Positions 31,581-42,175 of a stretch of DNA of 64,000 nt are shown one piece after another. The notes below the pieces were generated by a model. It made no database searches. It was given only the letters and a program-made list of their open reading frames with translations, and had not been told where the DNA came from. The stretch is taken from NCBI RefSeq assembly GCF_013122565.1, contig NZ_CP053258.1. One strand, given 5' to 3'. The stretch comes from Escherichia coli. GTDB taxonomy: Bacteria; Pseudomonadota; Gammaproteobacteria; Enterobacterales; Enterobacteriaceae. The first letter of the stretch is position 1. Every line of letters begins with the position of its first letter. A program made the position numbers and the translations under genes.

Positions 31581-31614
31581 TGCCGGATGCGGCAAGCGCC
31601 TTATCCGGCCTACG
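31581..31614. repeat. REP element
   Basis: tgccggatgcggcaagcgccttatccggcctac. Confidence 0.55.
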
Positions 31615-31637
31615 AAAGACAAACTCCCCCATATCTA

Positions 31638-32699
31638 TTACAGCGCAATACGAATCACATCGTCCGGCTGGGTAGCTTCCTGCTGTTTAGTGGATTTTTG
31701 TTTCACACTGACATACAGCGTTTTGCCATCGGCAGACAGCGCCAGGCTGTTCGGATGAGTCGGCGTATCGAACGTTTTCACCACTTTATAGCTTTTCGCG
31801 TCAATCACACTGACTTTACCTGCCTGACGATGCGTCACGTAGGCTTCATTACGCGCGGGGTTAAACAGCACAGCCAGTGATTCCGGTGCCGCAACCTTCG
31901 CCAGAATATTGCCATTACGGGTATCGACCACTAACACTTCTGCCGCTTTAGAATCGGTAATAAATGCACGCTGCCTGGCGGTATCAAGGCTGATGTTGAT
32001 AAAGAAGTGCTCTTTGCCGTCATCCAGCAGCTTTTTACGGCTGAGGATTTTATTGTCGGCGGTGTCGATAGTAATCAATTCGCCGTCAGCGTTAGTGGTG
32101 TAAAGACGTTTGCCTTTGCTATCCAACGCCAGACCGGTACTCATTTTACCGGTGTTCTGGATGGCGGTTTTCAGTTTGATATTCTCGCCATCAACGACCC
32201 AAATCACGCTATCTTTACCAATACCACTGATGTAAACGGTGTTCGTGGCATCGTCAGCTACCAGCTCACGCGGTTGCAGCGGGCGCACCTCTTCCGTGCG
32301 CTTACGCTCATCCAGCACCAGACGACCTTTCACCTCGCCCGTTTTGGCATCTATCGCCGTGACCGCGCTGTTTACGGTATTACCAAACCACAACGTCTGA
32401 GTCGTGTTATTGATGGTGGCACCAAACGGCTTGAGATCGTTATGGATCGCCTGCGTCACTTCCAGAGTGACCGGATCAAGTCGATAAACCACACCACCTT
32501 TATCCAGTTTGCGGCTTTGCGAAGTGGCGAGCCACAGCGCGTTTTCTTGCTGGCTATAAGCCATTTCGTAGGCGCCTTTACCTACCGCTTTACGCAGCAT
32601 TTCTTCTGCGGCCTGCGTACTGAATGATGAAGCAACAAGCAATGAACCTAACAGTAATGAACCACGCAGGCGCGATGAAAACAGATGACGTAAATGCAT
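31638..32699 (-). CDS. yncE: PQQ-like beta-propeller periplasmic protein (353 aa)
   Basis: Track ORF 353 aa; signal peptide; repeated beta-propeller blades (..GKRLYTTNADGELITID.., ..GKTLYVSVKQ..). Confidence 0.88.
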   Translation of the reverse strand: MHLRHLFSSRLRGSLLLGSLLVASSFSTQAAEEMLRKAVGKGAYEMAYSQQENALWLATSQSRKLDKGGVVYRLDPVTLEVTQAIHNDLKPFGATINNTTQTLWFGNTVNSAVTAIDAKTGEVKGRLVLDERKRTEEVRPLQPRELVADDATNTVYISGIGKDSVIWVVDGENIKLKTAIQNTGKMSTGLALDSKGKRLYTTNADGELITIDTADNKILSRKKLLDDGKEHFFINISLDTARQRAFITDSKAAEVLVVDTRNGNILAKVAAPESLAVLFNPARNEAYVTHRQAGKVSVIDAKSYKVVKTFDTPTHPNSLALSADGKTLYVSVKQKSTKQQEATQPDDVIRIAL

Positions 32700-32785
32700 G
32701 ACGACTCCCTTTGATGAACCGATATTTTTGCTGCTTCACAATGCTTCGCTAAGCGTAATCATCGTTACGCTCTTGTTATAAATGG

Positions 32786-32804
32786 GAATGGTAATCATTA
32801 TTTT
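32786..32804. promoter_or_regulatory. Putative Fur box in the yncE/yncD divergent promoter region
   Basis: gaatggtaatcattatttt matches the core Fur consensus AATGATAATCATTATC at about 14 of 16 positions (hand alignment), ~90 nt upstream of yncE and ~140 nt upstream of the TonB-dependent receptor yncD. Confidence 0.45.
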
Positions 32805-32940
32805 CTCAAATGTGGAGCATTTCTTGCCGTTACGACTACAATTTTCTCAATTACTTAACGTATCGTGCCGTTTCGTTTTCCATAAATTTACAATTTTATT
32901 ACCATGACGGCGTTTTCCCATTCTTAACCTGGCTTTTTTC

Positions 32941-35043
32941 ATGAAGATTTTTTCCGTCCGACAGACCGTTTTGCCCGCACTGCTTGTCCTTTCACCCGTT
33001 GTTTTTGCCGCTGATGAACAGACCATGATTGTCAGTGCCGCACCGCAGATGGTTTCCGAGCTGGATACCCCAGCAGCCGTGAGCGTGGTGGATGGCGAGG
33101 AGATGCGCCTGGCAACACCGCGCATTAACTTGTCTGAATCACTGACCAGCGTGCCTGGTTTGCAGGTACAAAACCGGCAGAACTATGCGCAAGATTTACA
33201 GCTGTCGATTCGCGGATTTGGCTCCCGCTCCACTTATGGAATTCGCGGTATTCGCCTGTATGTGGACGGTATTCCCGCTACCATGCCCGACGGACAAGGG
33301 CAGACATCCAATATCGATTTAAGCAGTGTGCAAAATGTGGAAGCGCTGCGTGGTCCCTTCTCTGCCCTGTATGGCAACGCGTCTGGCGGTGTAATGAATG
33401 TCACCACCCAGACCGGACAACAGCCACCAACCATTGAAGCCAGTAGTTACTACGGCAGTTTTGGCAGCTGGCGCTATGGGCTGAAAGCAACGGGCGCAAC
33501 GGGCGACGGCACACAGCCCGGCGATGTCGATTACACCGTCTCAACCACGCGTTTTACGACCCACGGCTATCGTGACCATAGTGGCGCACAGAAAAATTTA
33601 GCCAATGCCAAACTGGGCGTACGCATTGATGAAGCCAGCAAATTAAGCCTGATTTTCAATAGCGTGGATATCAAAGCAGATGACCCAGGTGGATTAACCG
33701 AAGCAGAATGGAAGGCGAATCCGCAACAAGCGCCACGCGCTGAACAGTACGACACGCGAAAAACCATCAAGCAAACTCAGGCTGGGTTGCACTATGAGCG
33801 TAGCCTGAGCGCACAAGATGATATGAGTGTGATGATGTATGCCGGAGAGCGAGAAACGACCCAGTACCAGTCAATCCCGATGGCCCCCCAACTTAATCCG
33901 TCGCATGCGGGCGGCGTGATTACTCTGCAACGCCATTACCAGGGGATAGACAGTCGCTGGACACACCGCGGCGAGCTGGGCGTTCCGGTCACGTTCACTA
34001 CCGGCCTGAACTACGAAAACATGAGTGAAAACCGCAAGGGCTACAATAACTTCCGCCTGAATAGCGGCATGCCGGAGTACGGGCAAAAAGGTGAGTTGCG
34101 TCGCGACGAACGCAATCTGATGTGGAATGTCGATCCCTATTTACAGACGCAGTGGCAGCTGAGCGAAAAACTGTCGCTGGATGCTGGCGTGCGCTACAGC
34201 TCTGTATGGTTTGATTCCAACGATCATTACGTTACTGCGGGTAACGGCGATGACAGCGGTGATGCCAGTTATCACAAATGGCTACCTGCCGGTTCGTTAA
34301 AATATGCAATGACCGATGCCTGGAATATCTATCTGGCAGCCGGGCGTGGTTTTGAAACGCCGACGATTAATGAGCTGTCTTATCGCGCTGACGGGCAAAG
34401 CGGTATGAACTTTGGTTTAAAACCATCCACCAACGATACAATTGAGATCGGCAGTAAAACGCGTATTGGTGATGGGCTGCTTAGTCTCGCATTGTTCCAG
34501 ACCGACACCGATGATGAAATTGTTGTCGATAGCAGTAGCGGTGGGCGTACGACTTACAAAAATGCCGGAAAGACCCGTCGTCAAGGTGCTGAACTGGCAT
34601 GGGATCAACGTTTCGCGGGAGATTTTCGCATAAACGCGACCTGGACCTGGCTTGATGCGACCTATCGCAGCAATGTGTGCAATGAACAGGATTGTAACGG
34701 TAATCGGATGCCAGGGATCGCCCGTAATATGGGCTTTGCGTCGATAGGTTATGTACCGGAAGATGGCTGGTATGCAGGCACGGAGGCGCGTTATATGGGC
34801 GATATTATGGCAGATGATGAAAATACGGCCAAAGCGCCGTCTTATACTCTCGTCGGCTTATTCACCGGGTATAAATACAATTACCACAATTTAACTGTGG
34901 ATTTATTTGGTCGTGTCGATAATTTATTCGATAAAGAATACGTTGGTTCTGTCATTGTCAATGAGTCAAACGGGCGATATTACGAACCTGCGCCCGGGCG
35001 AAATTATGGTGTCGGCATGAATATTGCGTGGCGATTTGAGTAA
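32941..35043 (+). CDS. yncD: TonB-dependent outer-membrane receptor (700 aa)
   Basis: Track ORF 700 aa; signal peptide, plug domain, C-terminal ...NIAWRFE beta-barrel terminus with aromatic last residues. Confidence 0.9.
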   Translation: MKIFSVRQTVLPALLVLSPVVFAADEQTMIVSAAPQMVSELDTPAAVSVVDGEEMRLATPRINLSESLTSVPGLQVQNRQNYAQDLQLSIRGFGSRSTYGIRGIRLYVDGIPATMPDGQGQTSNIDLSSVQNVEALRGPFSALYGNASGGVMNVTTQTGQQPPTIEASSYYGSFGSWRYGLKATGATGDGTQPGDVDYTVSTTRFTTHGYRDHSGAQKNLANAKLGVRIDEASKLSLIFNSVDIKADDPGGLTEAEWKANPQQAPRAEQYDTRKTIKQTQAGLHYERSLSAQDDMSVMMYAGERETTQYQSIPMAPQLNPSHAGGVITLQRHYQGIDSRWTHRGELGVPVTFTTGLNYENMSENRKGYNNFRLNSGMPEYGQKGELRRDERNLMWNVDPYLQTQWQLSEKLSLDAGVRYSSVWFDSNDHYVTAGNGDDSGDASYHKWLPAGSLKYAMTDAWNIYLAAGRGFETPTINELSYRADGQSGMNFGLKPSTNDTIEIGSKTRIGDGLLSLALFQTDTDDEIVVDSSSGGRTTYKNAGKTRRQGAELAWDQRFAGDFRINATWTWLDATYRSNVCNEQDCNGNRMPGIARNMGFASIGYVPEDGWYAGTEARYMGDIMADDENTAKAPSYTLVGLFTGYKYNYHNLTVDLFGRVDNLFDKEYVGSVIVNESNGRYYEPAPGRNYGVGMNIAWRFE

Positions 35044-35078
35044 TTACCTTGATGCCCGGTATTTGCCGGGCATTTACC

Positions 35079-35744
35079 TTAACGATTGTATTGCTGGTAT
35101 AGAATAGCAATATTTTGTTGCATAATTTCAGCAAGACAATGTCTGCATCCCTCTTTGTCTTTTGCTTTTAGCGCGGCGAGTAATAGATGATAGTTTTCTA
35201 TACGCTCCCGTAATTCCGCTGGATTAATCGCTTCATAGAGATAATGTAAACCAGGTCCCATCCTGACCCACAGTTGCTCAATCATCTCACACAGAATGGG
35301 CATATTTGAACGATGATAAATTGCTAAGCGAAATAGCCTGTTCGCATTAATGATTCGTTCCATGTCGCCCTTTTCTTGCGCCTGCTGTAATTTCTCAAGC
35401 AATTCCTGAAGTTCCTCCAGGTCTGGCGGGGTGAGGTTTTCAACAGCCAGAGTAACTGCCATTAATTCCAGTTCGTAGCGGATCCGATTGATTTCGTCTA
35501 ATTGACATTTCCCCACTTCCGGAACTGTAAATGCTTGCGCTGGTGCGACAGAAAGCGCATTCACCGAAACCAGACGTAATAATGCTTCACGCACAGGTGT
35601 AATACTCATACCTAATTGCTCCGCCAGATTTTTAGTAATCAGGCGTGCGCCAGGTTTTAGTGCGCCAATACTAAGCTGATGTTTCAGGTCGTTCTCAACC
35701 TGCAGAGTCAAACTGACATGTTTCATTTTTCCCGTTCCAGGCAT
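35079..35744 (-). CDS. mcbR: GntR-family transcriptional regulator (221 aa)
   Basis: Track ORF 35079..35801; 221-aa form starts MPGTGKMKHVSLTLQVENDLKHQLSIGALKPGARL; GntR HTH plus FCD domain. Confidence 0.82.
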   Translation of the reverse strand: MPGTGKMKHVSLTLQVENDLKHQLSIGALKPGARLITKNLAEQLGMSITPVREALLRLVSVNALSVAPAQAFTVPEVGKCQLDEINRIRYELELMAVTLAVENLTPPDLEELQELLEKLQQAQEKGDMERIINANRLFRLAIYHRSNMPILCEMIEQLWVRMGPGLHYLYEAINPAELRERIENYHLLLAALKAKDKEGCRHCLAEIMQQNIAILYQQYNR

Positions 35745-35941
35745 TTTAATTCCTTCGCGTGTTTTCTGTCCAACCCTGCCTGCATGGCAGAAGGAGTTCA
35801 CCTGGTGTATTAAAGTGAATAATCATAAACCACTCACCTTTGTTGTTATTAGCAGCAGAACAATGACGTGGTTAGTTAATTAAAGCTGAAAATAAGCTTT
35901 TTGCCTGGATTTTTATGGCGGCTTACGCCGCCGTTGAAACT

Positions 35942-36979
35942 TTAATCATCACCCGCCACGCGGATCACCACTTTGCCGAAGTTTTTACCCTTCAGCAGGC
36001 CGATAAACGTCTGTGGCGCATTCTCTAAACCGTCAGTAATTTCTTCGCGGTAGTGGATTTTATCCTCTTTCACCCATTGCCCCATCTCCTTCTGAAACTC
36101 ATGGATGCGGTGACCATAATCCTGAGCAATAATAAACCCTTGCAAGCGAATACGTTTTTTCAGCACCGTAGCCATCAACAAAGGTAATCGATCCGGACCG
36201 GGTGGTAGCTCTGTAGCGTTATAGCTGCTCACTAAGCCGCAGACGGGAATGCGCGCAGATGTATTAAGTAACGGTAGCACCGCATCAAATACCTTACCGC
36301 CCACGTTTTCATAATAGATATCAATACCTTTTGGGCACGCTTTCGCCAGTTGATCGGCAAAATCATCCGCGTGGTGATCAAGACAAACATCGAAGCCCAG
36401 CACCTCGGTAGCATGGCGGCATTTTTCCGCGCCACCGGCAACCCCCACCACCCTGCAACCTTTAAGTTTGCCGATTTGCCCCACCGTTGCTCCCACAGGA
36501 CCTGTCGCCGCCGCAACCACCAGCGTTTCGCCCTCTTTAGGCTGACCGATATCCAGCAGGCCCATATAAGCGGTAAAGCCTGGCATCCCCAGCACACCTA
36601 GCGACCACGATGGATTTTGCGGATGATCGCCAAGTTTCACCAGTTCATCACCATTGGATATGTCATAGTCCTGCCATCCACTGTAGCCCAGCACCCAGTC
36701 GCCAGGCTGATAATCAGGATGATTCGACTCCACGACACGGCTCACCGTACCGCCGACCATCACGCCGCCAATATCAACCGGCGGTGAATAAGATGGCTCA
36801 TCGCTCATACGTCCACGCATATACGGGTCCAGTGACAAATAAACTGTGCGCAGTAACACCTGTCCTTCACCCGGTGTGGCGACATCATCTTCTTCAAGAC
36901 GGAAATTCTCCGGAACCGGCGCGCCATGCGGACGCGAGGCCAGAACCCAACGGCGGTTACGCTGCTTTTGTTGCCCCAT
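35942..36979 (-). CDS. curA: NADPH-dependent curcumin/dihydrocurcumin reductase, MDR family (345 aa)
   Basis: Track ORF 35942..37072; 345-aa form starts MGQQKQRNRRWVLASRPHGAPVPENF; medium-chain reductase Rossmann motif GAATGPVGATVGQ. Confidence 0.88.
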   Translation of the reverse strand: MGQQKQRNRRWVLASRPHGAPVPENFRLEEDDVATPGEGQVLLRTVYLSLDPYMRGRMSDEPSYSPPVDIGGVMVGGTVSRVVESNHPDYQPGDWVLGYSGWQDYDISNGDELVKLGDHPQNPSWSLGVLGMPGFTAYMGLLDIGQPKEGETLVVAAATGPVGATVGQIGKLKGCRVVGVAGGAEKCRHATEVLGFDVCLDHHADDFADQLAKACPKGIDIYYENVGGKVFDAVLPLLNTSARIPVCGLVSSYNATELPPGPDRLPLLMATVLKKRIRLQGFIIAQDYGHRIHEFQKEMGQWVKEDKIHYREEITDGLENAPQTFIGLLKGKNFGKVVIRVAGDD

Positions 36980-37159
36980 AATGCTCTCCTGTGCTTTTGG
37001 CATGAATCCATCAATAGTAGCAGGCTCGCAGGATTGGTTTTGTTTGCAGCCGTCACATCCCCTCTGCAACACGCAATAATTTCATCGAGGAATCCGTTGC
37101 TTCGGGCTGTTTTCGATAGTATTGATAACATCATCATCATTATTTTATCGAGGCCAGAC

Positions 37160-37678
37160 ATGTCCATCCGTTTTGCCCGCAAAGCCGATTGCGCTGCTAT
37201 TGCGGAAATTTTTAACCACGCCGTGTTGTATACGGCGGCTATCTGGAATGACCAAACGGTGGATGCAGATAACCGCATTGCCTGGTTTGAAGCGCGGACC
37301 ATAGCAGGTTATCCGGTGCTGGTAAGTGAAGAAGATGGCGTAGTGACGGGATATGCCTCGTTTGGCGACTGGCGTAGTTTCGATGGTTTTCGCCATACCG
37401 TGGAACATTCGGTTTATGTCCATCCCGATCATCAGGGCAAAGGTCTGGGGCGTAAATTGTTAAGCCGATTGATTGATGAAGCGCGGGATTGCGGGAAGCA
37501 TGTCATGGTCGCCGGGATCGAATCGCAAAACCAGGCCTCGCTGCATCTGCACCAGTCGCTGGGATTTGTCATCACCGCACAAATGCCGCAGGTAGGCACT
37601 AAATTTGGTCGTTGGCTGGATCTGACATTTATGCAGTTGCAACTCGACGAACGCACTGAACCGGACGCGATTGGATGA
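37160..37678 (+). CDS. mnaT: GNAT L-amino acid N-acyltransferase (172 aa)
   Basis: Track ORF 36926..37678 has a long N-extension overlapping curA; real start MSIRFARKADCAAIAEIFNHAV; GNAT motif HQGKGLGRKLL. Confidence 0.85.
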   Translation: MSIRFARKADCAAIAEIFNHAVLYTAAIWNDQTVDADNRIAWFEARTIAGYPVLVSEEDGVVTGYASFGDWRSFDGFRHTVEHSVYVHPDHQGKGLGRKLLSRLIDEARDCGKHVMVAGIESQNQASLHLHQSLGFVITAQMPQVGTKFGRWLDLTFMQLQLDERTEPDAIG

Positions 37679-38124
37679 ATCAGTCGCTCACCCTTGCCTT
37701 TTTGATTGCCGCCGGAATTGGTCTGGTAGTCCAGAACACGCTGATGGTGCGCATCACCCAGACCTCCTCTACCATTCTCATCGCCATGTTGCTGAACTCA
37801 CTGGTGGGGATTGTGCTCTTTGTTTCTATTTTATGGTTTAAACAAGGTATGGCGGGGTTTGGCGAACTGGTGTCCAGCGTGCGCTGGTGGACACTTATAC
37901 CTGGCTTGCTGGGATCGTTTTTTGTCTTCGCCAGTATCAGCGGATATCAGAATGTGGGAGCGGCGACAACTATTGCAGTACTGGTCGCCAGCCAGCTGAT
38001 TGGCGGTCTGGTGCTGGATATCTTCCGCAGTCATGGCGTACCACTACGGGCGTTGTTCGGCCCAATTTGTGGCGCAATTTTACTTGTGGTTGGCGCCTGG
38101 CTGGTGGCCAGACGCTCATTTTAA
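37675..38124 (+). CDS. ydcZ: DMT-like inner membrane protein, DUF606 (149 aa)
   Basis: Track ORF 149 aa; start overlaps mnaT stop; four hydrophobic helices. Confidence 0.82.
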   Translation: MNQSLTLAFLIAAGIGLVVQNTLMVRITQTSSTILIAMLLNSLVGIVLFVSILWFKQGMAGFGELVSSVRWWTLIPGLLGSFFVFASISGYQNVGAATTIAVLVASQLIGGLVLDIFRSHGVPLRALFGPICGAILLVVGAWLVARRSF

Positions 38125-38358
38125 TCACAGGATGGTGCCGCCTTTGGTTAACTGTTCGTGGCGCGCTTCCATATCTTCTTTATGCTTGCGACCGTGATGG
38201 GCGATCGCTGTGCGCAGACGTTGCTGCTGGGTGTAGCGATCTTCCCGACTTAACTCCGCGTCATCGCTCAGGGCGATTAATAATTCGTTCATATGGGCAA
38301 TGACGCTCTCTTCAATCGCGGCATCCACGCGCGCGATGACTTCATCCAGATGCGACAT
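38125..38358 (-). CDS. ydcY: Small protein YdcY (77 aa)
   Basis: Track ORF 77 aa; conserved position. Confidence 0.75.
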   Translation of the reverse strand: MSHLDEVIARVDAAIEESVIAHMNELLIALSDDAELSREDRYTQQQRLRTAIAHHGRKHKEDMEARHEQLTKGGTIL

Positions 38359-38443
38359 ACTTTCTCCTTAGCCACTTGTGAAATTTATCGATTCATCCAA
38401 ATGATATAAGTCTGCGTGGTGCCGTCAAGCCAGTGAGTAAGAT

Positions 38444-38617
38444 TTAAAACAGTGAAAACAACAGCGCCACCGGGAAACTCATCGGCCATGTTGCCCCCAC
38501 CAGAAAGGCGCTTAAGAAACGGATGCGTTTCTTATCGTGAGAAAGAAACCAGGTGATAAGAAATGCGATTGCTGCCATAACCGCATAAAAAACAAGCATG
38601 TGTTGATAGAGAGACAT
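38444..38617 (-). CDS. ortT: Small membrane orphan toxin OrtT / YdcX (57 aa)
   Basis: Track ORF 38444..38692; 57-aa form starts MSLYQHMLVFYAVMAAIAFLITWFLSHDKKRIRFLSAFLVGATWPMSFPVALLFSLF (two TM helices). Confidence 0.7.
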   Translation of the reverse strand: MSLYQHMLVFYAVMAAIAFLITWFLSHDKKRIRFLSAFLVGATWPMSFPVALLFSLF

Positions 38618-38811
38618 GTACGGGCGTCCAGCCAGATGAATAAAACGCGCGCAAATATGCGTCATTTTTTGACATGCATCAAGTTTTTTCACCAGTTTGA
38701 GAAAAAATCATCAAACAGCAACTTGCCCTTATCCATCTTCAGAATGAGTATTATTGCGGATTTTCTTAACCCGTACTATACACATAGGGGCAATGATAAA
38801 AGGTGGCAAAA

Positions 38812-38907
38812 ATGAATGTTTCCAGTAGAACTGTAGTACTGATAAATGTCTTTGCTGCTGTTGGTTTGTTTACTCTTATCTCTATGAGATTTGGCTGGTT
38901 TATTTGA
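38812..38907 (+). CDS. yncL: Small membrane protein YncL (31 aa)
   Basis: Not in track. Hand translation MNVSSRTVVLINVFAAVGLFTLISMRFGWFI*; AAAGGTGG SD 8 nt upstream; single TM helix. Confidence 0.6.
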   Translation: MNVSSRTVVLINVFAAVGLFTLISMRFGWFI

Positions 38908-38928
38908 TGTAGTGATTTTGCACGCAGC

Positions 38929-38965
38929 ACGTACTGTCAGAGAAAACAACTCTCTGACAGTACGT
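38929..38965. terminator. Long perfect hairpin between yncL and patD
   Basis: 15-bp perfect stem acgtactgtcagaga / tctctgacagtacgt with 7-nt loop; no clear U-run on either side. Confidence 0.4.
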
Positions 38966-39003
38966 AAGATCATCTCATACTCTTACGATCTGCAATATTA
39001 TCC

Positions 39004-40428
39004 TTAATGTTTAACCATGACGTGGCGGACGACGGTGTAATCCTCCAGCCCATAAAGTGACATATCCTTGCCGTAACCAGAAAGTTTCTGCCCACCGTGC
39101 GGCATTTCACTTACCAGCATGAAATGGGTATTGACCCAGGTACAACCATATTGCAGCCGTGCGCTGACGCGATGCGCCCTGCCCACATCTTTCGTCCATA
39201 CCGAAGATGCAAGTCCGTACTGGCTGTCATTCGCCCAGTTTACCACCTGTTCTTCGTTGTCGAAGAGCGTAACACTCACTACTGGACCAAATACCTCTTT
39301 TTGCACGATGGCATCGTCCTGTAATGCGCCAGCCAGCAGCGTCGGCGCATAGTAATAGCCATTACCCTTGCGCTTTTCACCGCCAGTGATCACTTTGATG
39401 TGCCCTGTCGCTTTCGCCTCTTCTACCGCTTTGCTAACGCGTTCGAGATGCGCCAGCGAGCTTAAAGGTCCAAGCTCCGTAGACTCGTCATCCGGCGCAC
39501 CAGATTTTAACGTTGCCACTGCAGCACCGAGTTTTTCCACCAGCGTATCGTAAATGCCTTTTTGCGCGTAGATCCGACAAGCCGCAGTACAATCCTGTCC
39601 GGCATTGTAATAGCCAAATGTACGTACACCTTCGACCACTGCTTCAATATCCGCATCATCAAAAACAATCACTGGCGCTTTGCCACCAAGTTCCATATGA
39701 GTTCGCTTAATGGACGGCGCGGTATGGCTGATGATGTGCTCGCCGGTGGCGATAGAGCCCGTCAGCGACGCCATCCGCACTTTGGGATGACCGGTCAGCG
39801 GATCGCCCACCGTTTTGCCTCTGCCAAACAGTACGTTAATCACGCCTGCCGGGAAGATATCTTTCGCCAGCTCTGCCAACTTCAACGCGGTCAGCGGGGT
39901 AATTTCTGATGGTTTAAGCACTACGCAGTTCCCTGCCGCCAGCGCCGGAGCCAATTTCCACGCTGCCATCATCAGCGGATAATTCCACGGTGCGATCGAA
40001 GCCACGACCCCCAATGGATCGCGACGGATCATCGAAGTATGACCTTCAAGATATTCACCTGCCGCCAGACCATTCAGACAGCGCGCCGCACCAGCGAAAA
40101 AGCGAAAAACATCGACAATCGCCGGGATTTCATCATTGAATGCACTATGCAGCGGTTTGCCACAATTACGGGATTCCAGTTCGGCAAAAACCTGACCATT
40201 TTCTTCGATAACATCCGCCAGTTTCAGCAGGCATTCCGCACGCGCTTTCGGCGTGGTTTGCCCCCATTCGGCAAATGCTGCATCTGCCGCGCGCACAGCA
40301 GCATCCACCTGCTCTACGGATGCCTCGGCAATCTCCAGTAAAACGTCCCCCGTTGCCGGATTATAAACAGGCTGTTTTTCCCCTTCGCCGCTAACCAGTT
40401 CTCCGTTAATCAGTAACTTATGTTGCAT
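39004..40428 (-). CDS. patD: Gamma-aminobutyraldehyde dehydrogenase (474 aa)
   Basis: Track ORF 474 aa; aldehyde dehydrogenase family (MELGGKAP, catalytic Cys in GQDCTAACR). Confidence 0.93.
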   Translation of the reverse strand: MQHKLLINGELVSGEGEKQPVYNPATGDVLLEIAEASVEQVDAAVRAADAAFAEWGQTTPKARAECLLKLADVIEENGQVFAELESRNCGKPLHSAFNDEIPAIVDVFRFFAGAARCLNGLAAGEYLEGHTSMIRRDPLGVVASIAPWNYPLMMAAWKLAPALAAGNCVVLKPSEITPLTALKLAELAKDIFPAGVINVLFGRGKTVGDPLTGHPKVRMASLTGSIATGEHIISHTAPSIKRTHMELGGKAPVIVFDDADIEAVVEGVRTFGYYNAGQDCTAACRIYAQKGIYDTLVEKLGAAVATLKSGAPDDESTELGPLSSLAHLERVSKAVEEAKATGHIKVITGGEKRKGNGYYYAPTLLAGALQDDAIVQKEVFGPVVSVTLFDNEEQVVNWANDSQYGLASSVWTKDVGRAHRVSARLQYGCTWVNTHFMLVSEMPHGGQKLSGYGKDMSLYGLEDYTVVRHVMVKH

Positions 40429-40449
40429 AGCATATTCCTGTATCAGTGG

Positions 40450-41244
40450 TTATTGACCATTGTCGCCTTCGCGGGTTAGCCACCAGGCCCCCAGGATCGG
40501 CAAGGTTGTTACCAACATAACCAGCAGTGCCACCACGTTGGTTACCGGTACATCACGCGGTCGCCCAAGCTGATTGAGCAACCACAACGGTAACGTTCGT
40601 TCATGACCTGCCGTAAAGGTCGTAACGATGATTTCATCGAACGACAAGGCAAACGCCAGCATTCCTCCTGCCAGTAGCGCCGAACTGAGATTCGGCAACA
40701 CTACGTAGCGGAAGGTTTGCCAGCCATTGGCCCCAAGATCCATTGACGCCTCAACCAGATTCCACGAGGTGCGGCGAAAACGGGCGATGACATTGTTAAA
40801 CACCACCACTACGCAAAAAGTCGCATGACCGACCACGATGGTGAAAAATCCCGGCTCCAGATTGATGGTTTTAAAAGCGGTTAATAGCGCCAGACCAGTG
40901 ACAATGCCCGGCAGCGCAATGGGCAGCAGCAGTAACAGCGAAATGGCGTTTTTGCCGAAAAAGTCTCGTCGCCACAGCGCGGCAGCTGCCAGCGTCCCTA
41001 ACACCAGCGCGATTAATGTCGCCAGCGCTGCCACTTTAAGTGACAGTGTCACTGCATCAAGAATATCACTACGCTGTGCTGCCACGCTAAACCAGCGCAG
41101 CGTCAGGCCTTGCGGTGGAAAACTAAACGCCGCATCTTCAGTGTTAAACGCATAGGCGGCGATAATCAGGATGGGAAAATGTAGGAAAACCACGCCGCCC
41201 CAGGCCGCCAGTTTGAGGAAAAACGGTGCGCGTTCAGAGTGCAT
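40450..41244 (-). CDS. ydcV: ABC transporter permease (264 aa)
   Basis: Track ORF 264 aa; polyamine-type ABC permease; overlaps ydcU by 11 nt. Confidence 0.88.
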   Translation of the reverse strand: MHSERAPFFLKLAAWGGVVFLHFPILIIAAYAFNTEDAAFSFPPQGLTLRWFSVAAQRSDILDAVTLSLKVAALATLIALVLGTLAAAALWRRDFFGKNAISLLLLLPIALPGIVTGLALLTAFKTINLEPGFFTIVVGHATFCVVVVFNNVIARFRRTSWNLVEASMDLGANGWQTFRYVVLPNLSSALLAGGMLAFALSFDEIIVTTFTAGHERTLPLWLLNQLGRPRDVPVTNVVALLVMLVTTLPILGAWWLTREGDNGQ

Positions 41245-42175
41245 CGAACGCTCCCAGACGTTTCACGAACGCCAGGTACAGTGCGATGAGAATAATCGGC
41301 ACCAGGGTGAATGCCGCCGCCATCGGCATATTGCCAATCGCCCCCTGCTGGGAATAAACCATATTGCCGATAAAATATCCTGGAGGACCAACCAGCTGCG
41401 GGACGATAAAATCGCCCAGTGTGAGTGAGAAGGTAAAGATAGAGCCAGCGGCAATACCCGGGATTGCCAGCGGCAGCACCACATAGCGAAAGGTTTGTCG
41501 TGGACGTGCGCCGAGATCAGCTGACGCCTGCAACAATGACGGAGGCAAACGCTCAAGCGCCGCCTGCACGGGCAGGATCATGAACGGCAGCCAGATATAG
41601 AGAAACACCAGAAAGCGCCCCAGCCCGGAAGTTGACAGAGTATTGCCGCCCACCGCAGGTAATGTAAGGAACGCAGTCAGCAGTGGTTCCAGCCCAAGAT
41701 GTTGTAAAAACCACTGAGCCACGCCATCTTTTGCCAGCAATAACGTCCAGGCATAGGCTTTCACAATGTAGCTCGCCCACATCGGCAACATTACCGCAAT
41801 ATAAAAAAACGCTTTCATTTTCCCGCTGGTATAGCGCGCCATATACCACGCCATTGGAAAAGCCAGAATACCGCTGGCGATAGTGACTGCCACAGCCATA
41901 GTCAGCGTGCGGAGAATGATGTCGTAATTCGCCGGATTAAACAGCGCACGGATATTCTCCAGCGTCAGCTCCGGCGTTACCGACATGGTGAAATCGTCAA
42001 AAGTATAAAATCCCTGCCATAACAGTGTCAGCAGCGAGCCGAAATAGACAATGCCAAACCACATTAGCGGGCCAAGCAGCAGTAAAAACAGCCCCAGCCC
42101 CGGATTACGCCAGAAGAAACCGGACACCTTACCCAGACCTGGACGTGAAGGTGATTGCAATACGTTCATCGCCAT
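41234..42175 (-). CDS. ydcU: ABC transporter permease (313 aa)
   Basis: Track ORF 313 aa; membrane permease. Confidence 0.88.
   Translation of the reverse strand: MAMNVLQSPSRPGLGKVSGFFWRNPGLGLFLLLLGPLMWFGIVYFGSLLTLLWQGFYTFDDFTMSVTPELTLENIRALFNPANYDIILRTLTMAVAVTIASGILAFPMAWYMARYTSGKMKAFFYIAVMLPMWASYIVKAYAWTLLLAKDGVAQWFLQHLGLEPLLTAFLTLPAVGGNTLSTSGLGRFLVFLYIWLPFMILPVQAALERLPPSLLQASADLGARPRQTFRYVVLPLAIPGIAAGSIFTFSLTLGDFIVPQLVGPPGYFIGNMVYSQQGAIGNMPMAAAFTLVPIILIALYLAFVKRLGAFDAL

Noticed and set aside
36926-37159. Long N-terminal extension of mnaT (track ORF 36926..37678)
   Set aside because: It overlaps the divergent curA start region; the GNAT domain and recalled protein length start at 37160.
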